The notes under the pieces were generated by a model that was not told the DNA's origin, did no database searches, and was given only the letters and a program-made list of their open reading frames with translations. Positions 39,343 to 48,855 of a stretch of 64,000 nt of DNA are shown here, piece after piece. The stretch is from an uncultured bacterium (GTDB taxonomy: Bacteria > Patescibacteriota > Minisyncoccia > Phycocordibacterales > PALSA-1337): NCBI GenBank assembly GCA_903839725.1, contig CAIMDG010000002.1, positions 1,078 through 65,077 on the forward strand, given 5' to 3'. The translations under genes were made by a program, and so were the position numbers. Position 1 is the stretch's first letter; every line of letters begins with the position of its first letter.

Positions 39343-40107
39343 ATGAATACAAGCTTTCTAGATATATTCAATTTAGGAGACACGTCCAAGGAGGTGCTTC
39401 TTGATATCATCGCCCATGGCGTTTCCTCTGTGGCTGTTATTGCCCGTCGCCTCGGTATGCCAAAGTCGACTGTATATGACGCCATTACCCCCCTTTTGGA
39501 CCAGAGTTTGGTGAATGAATACAGCAATAACCACGGTAAAACCTTTGGTATCTCCGACAATGAACAGCTCAAGCGTGCCCACGAAGAAAAGATCAATGAG
39601 CTCAAAAAGGCCCAGTCTTCCCTGCTCTCATTCATCGGTACACATAACCAAAAAGAAAGTTCAGTTTCTCCGAAGGTAAAATTCTATGCGGGTAATCTGG
39701 GTATCAAGCAGGCGTTCCGCGATATGATGTGGGAAAAGAACATCACCGAAACGTATCTTTTTTGGCCAGCCAAAGAGATGCTCGATATCGACGAAGACTT
39801 CTTCAAATGGCACGGTACTCAGCGTTTCAAATATGGTGTTTACATATATGCGATCGAGACATACAAGGACCGTATCATTCAACGCAATGCGAAACAGAAA
39901 TGGATGCACAATACCAAAGATAGTTTGTCTGAAGCTCGCTATCTACCAAAAGGTGTAAATTGCAAAATGAGTTTCTGGATTTATGGTGACAAATGTCTCT
40001 TTGCTTCTGGCGGTAAAGAAAAGATTGCGTTTGCAGTTCACAGCAAAGAATTCTCGTCCCTGATGAAACTCCTCTGGAAAAATATGTGGGAGAATGCGGA
40101 GAAATAA
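39343..40107 (+). CDS. TrmB-family transcriptional regulator
   Basis: N-terminal HTH LGDTSKEVLLDIIAHGVSSVAVIARRLGMPKSTVYDAITPLLDQSLV plus about 170-aa TrmB-type C-terminal domain. Divergent from the SBP gene at 39246. Confidence 0.7.
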   Translation: MNTSFLDIFNLGDTSKEVLLDIIAHGVSSVAVIARRLGMPKSTVYDAITPLLDQSLVNEYSNNHGKTFGISDNEQLKRAHEEKINELKKAQSSLLSFIGTHNQKESSVSPKVKFYAGNLGIKQAFRDMMWEKNITETYLFWPAKEMLDIDEDFFKWHGTQRFKYGVYIYAIETYKDRIIQRNAKQKWMHNTKDSLSEARYLPKGVNCKMSFWIYGDKCLFASGGKEKIAFAVHSKEFSSLMKLLWKNMWENAEK

Positions 40108-40136
40108 AAAACACCGAATGATCGGTGTTTTTTATT
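40106..40136. terminator. Bidirectional hairpin terminator
   Basis: aaaaaacaccgaatgatcggtgttttttattttt. Confidence 0.7.
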
Positions 40137-40137
40137 T

Positions 40138-41217
40138 TTAATTCGGCAACTTTCCTCCCTCAATCGTTCCAATCTTTAATTCTGGAATGCGCACACCATT
40201 TTCATCAAACACAATCTTTCCATCAGCCCCGACGAGGGTGACATGCTTCATATTGTTCACCCATGTAGCCTTATCTGAATTGTAACTTTGAGCTAGAAGC
40301 ATAAAAGCATTGTAACCAGTCTCTGAACCGATCGCCGGTTCGACACCATACATTTTCTTGTAAGCCTCATTGAACGTACTGCGGTACACGTTTGGAACGG
40401 TATAGAGAATACTTCCATTTAACACATTCATATTTCCGAGCACTTTCGCATAGTCACCAAATCCTGTTTGGATATTTGCGTCGAATACATACCGATATTT
40501 TGTGTGTGAGATTGAACCGAGCTCCTTTGCAAGAAGTCCGCCAGAAGTTGGTTTGACGATAAACACGATTACGTCTGGCTTGAATGAGATCGCTTTCAAA
40601 GCACTTGATTTGATATCCCGACCATCAGCTGAAACTTGGATTTCGTTGTATGGCATAGCAAATCCTTTTTCAAAACCTTGAGCAAAACGTTCAAAAGCCG
40701 AAGATCCTTTGTCGACAAACACAACGGCATTCTTGAATCCTTTACCAGCAACGTATTTACCAAGCTCAACTTCAGCTGGCACACTTCCTGGCCACAACTG
40801 AACAATGTTGTCATTCGCCGCTTCAATTCCTTGTTCAAAACCGAGAGCAACTGGCATACCAGTCTGCACAACGTCTCCATAGATCGAATCAATTGTAACC
40901 GTTGTCATGTTAATGAGACCATCAACATGATCAATACTTACAAGTTTCTTGTAGGCCGAAAGTCCTTTCTTGGAATCAAAACTGTCATCTTCAGTTATAA
41001 GCGAAATCTGTTGATTTATATGTGAACTATTCCATTCAGCCTGAGCGAGCTTTGCACCTTTGGCAAAACTATCACCGACAGCGGCATAATCACCGGTCAT
41101 TCCAGCAATCATGCCAAATGTGAGCTGTGTGGTTGGTTTCTTCGTATTAAACAAACCAATCATCACAATAACTAGAATTACCACAACTAGGCCTGAAATT
41201 TGATATTTTTTATTCAT
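40138..41217 (-). CDS. ABC transporter substrate-binding protein, type I (LivK-like), membrane-anchored
   Basis: Start ATG 41217 (MNKKYQISGL...). LTFGMIAGMTGDYAAVGDSFAKGAKLAQAEWN. Confidence 0.75.
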   Translation of the reverse strand: MNKKYQISGLVVVILVIVMIGLFNTKKPTTQLTFGMIAGMTGDYAAVGDSFAKGAKLAQAEWNSSHINQQISLITEDDSFDSKKGLSAYKKLVSIDHVDGLINMTTVTIDSIYGDVVQTGMPVALGFEQGIEAANDNIVQLWPGSVPAEVELGKYVAGKGFKNAVVFVDKGSSAFERFAQGFEKGFAMPYNEIQVSADGRDIKSSALKAISFKPDVIVFIVKPTSGGLLAKELGSISHTKYRYVFDANIQTGFGDYAKVLGNMNVLNGSILYTVPNVYRSTFNEAYKKMYGVEPAIGSETGYNAFMLLAQSYNSDKATWVNNMKHVTLVGADGKIVFDENGVRIPELKIGTIEGGKLPN

Positions 41218-41387
41218 ATAATGTGATTTATTTGTAACAATATTAGTATACATATATCAAATATAATCAAGAAATAAATCATAACTTTGAATATATACAT
41301 GAATTATATCCATATGTATCAATCCATATCTAAATATTAGTATGTCAGGAATATTGACACTTTCATACATAATGCTAGAATCTACAC

Positions 41388-42203
41388 ATGAAAATCAAAC
41401 AAAGTTCAATCATAGACCTCCTACAGCTCAGCAAAAAAGAGCAGGTCATTTTCAACCTACTCAACAATGAATCATCCACACCTGTATCACTAGCCAAGAA
41501 ATGCTCTATCCCCCGCCCTACCATATATATCACTCTCGAAAAGCTCCACAACCGTGGCTTAATCATAAAAAAGAAAATCTCACACAAAACCTACTGGCAA
41601 AAGAATTCTGATGATGAAATCGAGAGTCTCGCCTACCGATTCAAGGAGTTGCTTTCAGCAAGTAGTGCTACAAAGCAAGAAAAGATTTCCATCACTGATT
41701 CTTCACAGGTCGTTGTTCATCGTGGACAAAAAGCTATCTTCAAACTATTCTCCAGTCTAGTTGACGAACACGCTGGTGAAAAGATGATCGCACTTCAGGG
41801 AAATCTTGCAGGATATGCGTGGAGTAAGTTATTTAACGTGCAAGAAATTAACATCATCAACCAGAAGATTAAGAAAAATAAAGTTATTACGGAACTTGTT
41901 ACTTCTAGGGAGTGGTTCAAGAGTCAAACTGAACTCTTTGGTACAGGTTGGGCCAAAAACTTTGAAGGTAGAACGATTCGTATGCAGGATGTTGGGAACC
42001 AGTACTTGAATTACGCTAGTCAGATATTTATTTTCAGAGACAAAGTATATATTGACGCAATGTCGGATAAAGTCTTCATCGAAATAAAGAACCCAGAGAT
42101 TGCGAAGCTGCTGGTTTCAATTACGCAGTTTGTTCAAGATCATTCGGAGGTGTTGGATGCGAATAAACTTCTCAGAGAACTGATCAGTAACAATTCAAAA
42201 TAG
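41388..42203 (+). CDS. TrmB-family transcriptional regulator
   Basis: HTH LSKKEQVIFNLLNNESSTPVSLAKKCSIPRPTIYITLEKLHNRGLI plus TrmB C-terminal domain. Confidence 0.7.
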   Translation: MKIKQSSIIDLLQLSKKEQVIFNLLNNESSTPVSLAKKCSIPRPTIYITLEKLHNRGLIIKKKISHKTYWQKNSDDEIESLAYRFKELLSASSATKQEKISITDSSQVVVHRGQKAIFKLFSSLVDEHAGEKMIALQGNLAGYAWSKLFNVQEINIINQKIKKNKVITELVTSREWFKSQTELFGTGWAKNFEGRTIRMQDVGNQYLNYASQIFIFRDKVYIDAMSDKVFIEIKNPEIAKLLVSITQFVQDHSEVLDANKLLRELISNNSK

Positions 42204-43070
42204 TTATAACCTATACTCCCCAACCAAACCCTGTGGCCTATACAACATCAACAGTATCAATATAACACCATACACCACTTGACGCATTTGCGCTGCAATG
42301 TCATCTGGAAAACCGACGAAGCGCAGGACTTCCGGCAAAAGGATGAGACATATTGCCCCGATAACTGCACCCTTGTTATTCGCCATACCACCCAAGATAA
42401 CCACAGCCAGAATGAAGATGGATTCCGTCAAAGTGAAACTCGATGGATCGATAAATGTAATGTACGAAGCAAAAAGTGAGCCTGCCACTGCCGCCATTCC
42501 TGCCGAGACAACGAAGATGGCGAGCTTGTACCAGAGAACGCGGTAACCAAAGACTTGAATAGCTTTTTCATCTTCACGGATAGCCTTGAGCACACGACCA
42601 AACGATGAATTCGTAATGTAGTGACAAACACCAAAAACAATCAGAGCACAGACAACCGCAAGAACAAGGAACCAACTATTTTCAGAGAAAGTAAAACCGA
42701 ATATGCTTGGGCGAGGAATTCCAGGAATACCGAGCGGACCACGTGTGAGCGACTGCCAATTCAAGAAAATACTATAAATGATGACGTTGAAACCAAATGA
42801 ACCCAGTGCATAATAATCATCTTTGAATTTTGAAAGCACAAAACCTATCGCTAGACTCAACACTGCGGTAATGATAATACTGAAAAGCATAGCGAGAAAG
42901 AAATTCATGCCAACTGAAGTAAGCAGGATTGCTGTCACATATGCACCAATACCATAGAATGCTGCTTGAGTAATACTGAGCAGACCTGTGAATCCTACAA
43001 TCAAGTTCAAAGAAAGACCGAGAATGGCGTAGATCGAGATCAGGATGGCAATGTGTATGAGATATTCCAT
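42204..43070 (-). CDS. livM: Branched-chain amino acid ABC transporter permease (LivM-like)
   Basis: Eight or more TM helices. GIPGIPRP and EAAFYGIGAY-type motifs of the LivM family. Confidence 0.8.
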   Translation of the reverse strand: MEYLIHIAILISIYAILGLSLNLIVGFTGLLSITQAAFYGIGAYVTAILLTSVGMNFFLAMLFSIIITAVLSLAIGFVLSKFKDDYYALGSFGFNVIIYSIFLNWQSLTRGPLGIPGIPRPSIFGFTFSENSWFLVLAVVCALIVFGVCHYITNSSFGRVLKAIREDEKAIQVFGYRVLWYKLAIFVVSAGMAAVAGSLFASYITFIDPSSFTLTESIFILAVVILGGMANNKGAVIGAICLILLPEVLRFVGFPDDIAAQMRQVVYGVILILLMLYRPQGLVGEYRL

Positions 43071-43071
43071 A

Positions 43072-43938
43072 TTATTTCTTTAATATTCCCTGTGGTCTAA
43101 ACAACAAAAAAATAATCAATACTCCGAAGGCAATCGCATCTTTCCATTCACCGGAAATCTGCCAGATACCAAAGTTCTCGATAAAGCCGAGGAGGAATGC
43201 ACCGAGTACACCGCCATATACATTGCCGATACCACCGATGATACACGCAATCACACCTTTCAAGAGAAGTGACAATCCCATCGTTGGTTCTATACCAGTA
43301 TCAAAGCCAACGAGAATACCAGCGAGACCGGCGATCGCTGAGCCTATAAAAAATGTCCATCCGATAACTCTAACAGTATTGATACCAACGATCTTCGAAA
43401 CTTCCTCATCATCCCCCACTGCTTTGATAGCTTTACCGAACAATGTGTACCTGAACATGAGACCAATACCAACCATGATGAGAATTCCGAGAATGAGAAT
43501 GATAAGTTGTGTCTGCGTGATCACTCCGCCAAAAACGGTATATACCATTTCACTACCCGCATTTTTCGAAAGTGTCTGGAATTGACTCGTAAATAAAATA
43601 GCAATAATAGCCTGTAATGCTGTCATCACTCCGAGAGCAGCAACCAGAAGAACCATGCTTGATGATTTGCGAGTACGTAGTGGTGCGTATACAAAATGAT
43701 ATATAAGTACCCCAATAGTTCCTGCAATGAGAATACCGAGAGCAACAGAAACGAATATATCTAAACCGAGTATTTTATAGAAGAAGAAAACAGTATATCC
43801 ACCAACCGCCGCAAGAGCACCGTATCCCAAATCAAAGAATTTAGCTGTACCGTAAATCAGATTGAAACCGAGAGCGACCATGGCATATATCGCTCCAGCA
43901 ATGATTGAGTTGACGATGAGTTGAGGGATGATGTCCAT
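43072..43938 (-). CDS. livH: Branched-chain amino acid ABC transporter permease (LivH-like)
   Basis: Polytopic membrane protein. GYGALAAVGGY and EPTMGLSLLLKG motifs of the LivH family. 1-nt gap to livM. Confidence 0.8.
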   Translation of the reverse strand: MDIIPQLIVNSIIAGAIYAMVALGFNLIYGTAKFFDLGYGALAAVGGYTVFFFYKILGLDIFVSVALGILIAGTIGVLIYHFVYAPLRTRKSSSMVLLVAALGVMTALQAIIAILFTSQFQTLSKNAGSEMVYTVFGGVITQTQLIILILGILIMVGIGLMFRYTLFGKAIKAVGDDEEVSKIVGINTVRVIGWTFFIGSAIAGLAGILVGFDTGIEPTMGLSLLLKGVIACIIGGIGNVYGGVLGAFLLGFIENFGIWQISGEWKDAIAFGVLIIFLLFRPQGILKK

Positions 43939-44160
43939 GAATGTATGTAATACAGCTAAGTATACCCATTAAATAGGTACTTGAAAATAGACCATTATTT
44001 GATATCCTAAAGACTGAAAGGACCTCTATGAAATACGATCGACCAACGTGCACCTCAGCAACAACAACTCGGCCACCCATTTCGGCGAATTTTTCACCGC
44101 CACCCGCGGAACCCCGCCCGAAACCGGCTGCCAAACCGAAAAAGTAGGGACCGAAGCTGC

Positions 44161-44194
44161 ACAACAAAAGCCCACGAACTTGTTCGTGGGCTTT
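44161..44194 (-). terminator. Rho-independent terminator after the SBP gene
   Basis: 11-bp stem agcccacgaac/gttcgtgggct followed, on the minus strand, by ttttgttgtg. Confidence 0.65.
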
Positions 44195-44220
44195 CATACT
44201 AATACAATTAACTAATCAAC

Positions 44221-45333
44221 TTACTGAACATCTACAAACTTACCATCTTTGGCGATTTTTATCATTGCAGGTTTCTGAACATCTCCATTTGATTCAAATG
44301 TAATAACGCCACTTGCGCCTTGATAATTATTACCAATCTTTAATAAATTTTCTTTTATTGAATCACCAGAAGTTCCCCCAGCTTTGATAGCTCTAAGTAA
44401 CAAGGTCATAGCATCATACCCTTCTGCGGTATACATTGTTGGAGCATTTCCAAAACGAGCCTTGTATCTTTCCGTAAAAGTTTTACTTGCTTCATTTGTT
44501 GGAACCACAGTGGCTGAAACTAAAACCCCATTTACATCCTTTCCTCCAACATCGAAGAATTCTTTTGTATCTACCGATTCGTCCAGAGCTGCAAATTGAA
44601 CATGTAAACCTAGATTCTTTGCTTGCTTAAAGATTAAATTGAATTGCTTATAAAATGACGCGACGAAGATTACATCAACTCCAGCCCCCTTCGCCTTTAA
44701 TAATTGAGTTCTAAAATCTGTGTCTTTTGCATTAAAGGTATCTTTTGTCACAACTTGACCACCTGCTTTAGCAAAAGTATCACTAGCATCACTAACTTCT
44801 TGGACCATCGTATCCTGACTATTGTCGTTTATGAAAGCTGCTTTTTTAAAGCCTTTTGAATACACGTACTCTGCCAAAGAATTTGCCCTGACTGAATCTG
44901 AAGCAATTGTTCTGAACATATATTTACCAGCATTAGTCAAAGTCTTTGAAGTTGCTGCTGGTGTAATTATCAATATTTTTTTAGGATCGGTAATTGGTAA
45001 TACTGATAAAACTTCAGAAGAACATACTGGGCCATACAAAGCATCTACCTTATCAATATTTAATAACTTAGATACAGCAGTAACACCATCTGCTGAGGCA
45101 CAATTGTGATCATCTTCAATAATGAAATTAACCTTATCTTTCATACCACTTTCTTCAATTGCCATAATAGCAGCATTGCGAGAACTTTCAGCATATGAAG
45201 CCAAATCTCCAGAAAGTGGCAATACGGCTCCAATCTTAACAGGACCAATCTCAGTATTTGAATTACGTGTTGCAGAAATAATGATTATCACAACCACAAC
45301 AATTCCAATCACCCACCAAATACCTTTTTTCAT
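44221..45333 (-). CDS. ABC transporter substrate-binding protein, type I (LivK-like), membrane-anchored
   Basis: TM anchor then VKIGAVLPLSGDLASYAESSRNAAIMAIEESG. Confidence 0.75.
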   Translation of the reverse strand: MKKGIWWVIGIVVVVIIIISATRNSNTEIGPVKIGAVLPLSGDLASYAESSRNAAIMAIEESGMKDKVNFIIEDDHNCASADGVTAVSKLLNIDKVDALYGPVCSSEVLSVLPITDPKKILIITPAATSKTLTNAGKYMFRTIASDSVRANSLAEYVYSKGFKKAAFINDNSQDTMVQEVSDASDTFAKAGGQVVTKDTFNAKDTDFRTQLLKAKGAGVDVIFVASFYKQFNLIFKQAKNLGLHVQFAALDESVDTKEFFDVGGKDVNGVLVSATVVPTNEASKTFTERYKARFGNAPTMYTAEGYDAMTLLLRAIKAGGTSGDSIKENLLKIGNNYQGASGVITFESNGDVQKPAMIKIAKDGKFVDVQ

Positions 45334-45390
45334 AATAAAGAATAATTACAAATAATATGTCAATTATAGTTGATACTCCCATTTCTGCAA

Positions 45391-45422
45391 CAACAAAAAA
45401 CCACCCTCTCGAGTGGTTTTTT
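45391..45422. terminator. Hairpin terminator (sequence duplicated at 47512)
   Basis: caacaaaaaaccaccctctcgagtggtttttt. The identical 32-mer recurs at 47512-47543. Confidence 0.7.
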
Positions 45423-45437
45423 ACTGTTCAAATTAAC

Positions 45438-46538
45438 TTATGGCTGTATTGTTATTGGTTTACCATCTTTAATCATACGTATTACCGCTCCAGAAACAAC
45501 AAGTCCATCAGAATCAATACTAAGATTCCCCAAGGCCCCTTGAACGTTTTTGATTGTATACAATTTTTCAGCAATCTGTTCTGACGTCGGCAATGTATTT
45601 GAGTCTACTTTTTCTGCAGCATCTGAAATTAAATGAATTATATCGTAAGCGTTTCCTGCCCCGAGTGAAGGTGGTTTATTATAGATTTTTGAATAAGAAT
45701 CTATAAATGATAATGTTGTATCAGCACCATTTACGTACCAATCTCCTTCATATATTTCAGGATGATCACTTTGTTCAAACGATTCTATAGAAGTAACAGG
45801 CGTAGTGATTCCATTTTCTTTAAGTTGTTTTGCAATAAGATCCAATTCTGGACTAAAGGCAAACAATACGTATATATCCGGATGATTGGATTGTGCCTTA
45901 GCAATCATCGTTCTAAAATCTTTTGTGCCAAAATCAAACATTTCTTGATCTACTATCTGTATGTCTGTATTTTGTATATCTTTTTGCAAAGAATGTATCA
46001 CGGCCGTTACACCTTGTATTTTAGCACCCAATATTGCCACCCTATGATATCCTCGCTTTTGTAATTCTGGCACAAAGATCTTCGTCTCCTCATAAGGTGG
46101 GGTCCAGTGAATAAAATTATAATGGCCATTTGCGACATTTGGATCAGAAGCAATACCAAACTGAATAACACGTGCTTTTTCAGCAACTGGATTGACCGCA
46201 TTACCTGCTGCCGAAGCAAGTGTGACGATTGCCGCTACATGATCAATAGATATAAGTTTTTGGGCTGCACTTACTGCCTTTGACGCATCAAATGAATCAT
46301 TTTCAAGTATTACCTTGTATTGCCATTTATTATTTGTAGTTGAAGCCAACTCAGCTTCAGCCATGCGAACCGCGTATTTAATCCCATCGCCCAAAAAGGC
46401 AACATTTCCAGTTAAAGGTGCGATGACACCAATTTTTATTATTTTATTATCATTTAATACTATGTGCTTAGAGTAATTAGCTCCAATCAAAATACCGGCC
46501 AAAATGACGATTATTACGACAAAAATCTTTGTTTTCAT
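45438..46538 (-). CDS. ABC transporter substrate-binding protein, type I (LivK-like), membrane-anchored
   Basis: TM anchor then IKIGVIAPLTGNVAFLGDGIKYAVRMAEAE. Confidence 0.75.
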   Translation of the reverse strand: MKTKIFVVIIVILAGILIGANYSKHIVLNDNKIIKIGVIAPLTGNVAFLGDGIKYAVRMAEAELASTTNNKWQYKVILENDSFDASKAVSAAQKLISIDHVAAIVTLASAAGNAVNPVAEKARVIQFGIASDPNVANGHYNFIHWTPPYEETKIFVPELQKRGYHRVAILGAKIQGVTAVIHSLQKDIQNTDIQIVDQEMFDFGTKDFRTMIAKAQSNHPDIYVLFAFSPELDLIAKQLKENGITTPVTSIESFEQSDHPEIYEGDWYVNGADTTLSFIDSYSKIYNKPPSLGAGNAYDIIHLISDAAEKVDSNTLPTSEQIAEKLYTIKNVQGALGNLSIDSDGLVVSGAVIRMIKDGKPITIQP

Positions 46539-46714
46539 ATATACATATTATTAGTAGTAATATGTATCCTTAATATCATTACCCCAAAACTTGTTTATAT
46601 CTTTAGAAGAGTAGCTAAATATATATTCATATTTAAAGCCATATTTTGATATAAAATTTAATAGTGTGCGTCCATAGTGACAAAATCTGTATATGTGATA
46701 ACATATATATCATT

Positions 46715-47509
46715 ATGTCAATGGATACAAAAATATACAAAGAATTAAACAGGTTCGGCTTATCAGATAAATCAGCCAAAGTGTATGCTGTTCTACTTGA
46801 TCTTGGTGGAGCCTACCCTTCACGTATAGCTGAATCAGCCCATCTAAACCGTACAACTGTTTATAAAATATTAATTGATCTTTCCATAAAAGGTCTAATA
46901 AATGAAATAAACAAAAATGGTAAAGTCTTCTATCAAGTAGAACGTCCATCTCAGCTTATTAAATATGCAAAAAATCGTAGGGATACAGCGGATGAACAAT
47001 ACGAGAGAATAAAGAATCTTATGCCAGAAATAGAAGGTCTGTACTCACTCACGCCCAATAAACCAAAGATACGATACTTTGAGGATAGCTCTAGTGTCGC
47101 CTCTATATTCGAAGATCAAGTCGATGTAAAGAAACCTTACGAAATGGTGGGTTTTGCAAATATTGAAAGGCTTGAAAAATTTCTAAAACCTTCATTTATA
47201 AAATGGTATATAAAAGAAAAGGAAAGAAAAGGAATTACTACCAGAGGAATTCTGCCTGACACCAAATTAAACAGAACATACAATGAACGTGTATACAAAG
47301 TTATAAACAAAAAATTCCAGTTAAATAACATTCGCTACATTCCGAAAGAAGAATTTCCTTTTAATGGTGAGATAACGATTTACGGAGAAAACAAGATGTC
47401 TATAATTAATTTTATTGACGAACAAGCTGTGGGGATTATTATCGAAGACAAAGCAATTCACGACATGATGGTTAGAATATTTGAGCTCTCTTGGAAAGGT
47501 TCCCAGTAA
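46715..47509 (+). CDS. TrmB-family transcriptional regulator
   Basis: HTH LSDKSAKVYAVLLDLGGAYPSRIAESAHLNRTTVYKILIDLSIKGLI. Start at the internal ATG (MSMDTKIYKEL), not the longest ORF. Confidence 0.7.
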   Translation: MSMDTKIYKELNRFGLSDKSAKVYAVLLDLGGAYPSRIAESAHLNRTTVYKILIDLSIKGLINEINKNGKVFYQVERPSQLIKYAKNRRDTADEQYERIKNLMPEIEGLYSLTPNKPKIRYFEDSSSVASIFEDQVDVKKPYEMVGFANIERLEKFLKPSFIKWYIKEKERKGITTRGILPDTKLNRTYNERVYKVINKKFQLNNIRYIPKEEFPFNGEITIYGENKMSIINFIDEQAVGIIIEDKAIHDMMVRIFELSWKGSQ

Positions 47510-47511
47510 CC

Positions 47512-47545
47512 CAACAAAAAACCACCCTCTCGAGTGGTTTTTTGT
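47512..47545. terminator. Hairpin terminator (duplicate of 45391)
   Basis: caacaaaaaaccaccctctcgagtggttttttgt. Confidence 0.7.
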
Positions 47546-47562
47546 TCTACGACTTTTACCTT

Positions 47563-48681
47563 TTACTGTCCTAACGTAACCGGCACACCACCTTTGATCA
47601 TTCTGACAACCGCCTTTGAGTTAACTAGATGGTCAGTTCCCATATTCAAGCCTGTTCCGAGAGCCCCATCAAAGTTTTTGATACTTGAAACCTTGGCATT
47701 GATTTGCTGACTGGTTGGGATGGTCTTTCCATCACCTGCTGCTTCGATAGATTGTACGAGCATGTTGAGTGAGTCGTATCCGTTGGCCGCACCGAACTTT
47801 GGTGCTTGACCGTATGTCTTTGTGTAGAGATCTACGAACCACTGTGTCGCGTCCGCATTATTCACGTACCACATACCTTCGAAGAGTGAGAGCTGATCTG
47901 AGAACTCGAATGTTTCCATTGTACTTACTGCGGTTTTAACACCTGCTGTGCGTAACTGTGTTGTAACCAATTCCAATTCTGGTGAAGAAAGTTCGAGGAC
48001 ATAGAGTTCAGCACCGAGATCTTTCACTTTACTGATCTGAGTACGGAAGTCGCGTGTTCCGGTAGTGATCATTTGAGTCGAAACTACTTGAATCCTTGAT
48101 TTACCGATTTCACTCAAGAAAGCATTAATGATCGCTGCACTTCCTGGGTTATCCTGCTGACCGAAGAAGACAATCTTATTGATATTACGTCTCTGTAATT
48201 CAGCAACGAACAACTTGGCATCTTCGTACGCTGGAGTGTAGTCAACATAGTTATATTCACCTGTTGCTACATGTGGATCTGAAGCAAAGTCATTGATATG
48301 AGGTATTTTTGCAGCTTCTGTGATTGGACTCACTACATTACCAACTGGTGAACCAAATGAGATGAGTGCATTCGCCTTATCAACACTGATGAGCTTATTT
48401 ACTACAGTTGCTGCATTTGATGGCTTGAATCCATCATCTTCAATCACAAGCTTGTAACTATACTTGAGATTCTTTGTGTCCAACTTACTGTATGCGAGCT
48501 CAATAGCATTTTTATTACTTTGACCAAGCATTGCTATGTTTCCGGTAAGTGGCAATGTAACTCCGATAGTAACAACTGGCTTTTGTGTGTTCGTACCTGG
48601 ATTTCTTGTAGAAAAACCTATAATACAAGCCACGATTACTATTCCAATAATACCTAATATGATTTTTGTTGTTTTATTCAT
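47563..48681 (-). CDS. ABC transporter substrate-binding protein, type I (LivK-like), membrane-anchored
   Basis: TM anchor then VTIGVTLPLTGNIAMLGQSNKNAIELAYSK. About 50% identical to the 45438 paralog. Confidence 0.75.
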   Translation of the reverse strand: MNKTTKIILGIIGIVIVACIIGFSTRNPGTNTQKPVVTIGVTLPLTGNIAMLGQSNKNAIELAYSKLDTKNLKYSYKLVIEDDGFKPSNAATVVNKLISVDKANALISFGSPVGNVVSPITEAAKIPHINDFASDPHVATGEYNYVDYTPAYEDAKLFVAELQRRNINKIVFFGQQDNPGSAAIINAFLSEIGKSRIQVVSTQMITTGTRDFRTQISKVKDLGAELYVLELSSPELELVTTQLRTAGVKTAVSTMETFEFSDQLSLFEGMWYVNNADATQWFVDLYTKTYGQAPKFGAANGYDSLNMLVQSIEAAGDGKTIPTSQQINAKVSSIKNFDGALGTGLNMGTDHLVNSKAVVRMIKGGVPVTLGQ

Positions 48682-48855
48682 ATATTTACTATTAATTATT
48701 AATGTGGTGAAATTATAACACGCAAATTGATTTTGTTATTTTTAAATATTAAATTGATGTATAAATACGGCTTATAATATAGGGTATTGTAGTTATCCAC
48801 ATATTTTGTTCGTTAAAAGTGACAAAATACATCATTCCTGCTATACTGTATACAT

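Noticed and set aside
44040-44160. T-box riboswitch hypothesis for the GC-rich livH leader
   Set aside because: No match to the T-box consensus (AGGGUGGNACCGCG) on either strand. Kept only as an unexplained structured leader.
43841-44197. 118-aa minus-strand ORF spanning the livH upstream region
   Set aside because: It starts inside a terminator hairpin and runs through the GC-rich leader, and its Gly/Arg-rich translation reflects composition only. Treated as non-coding.
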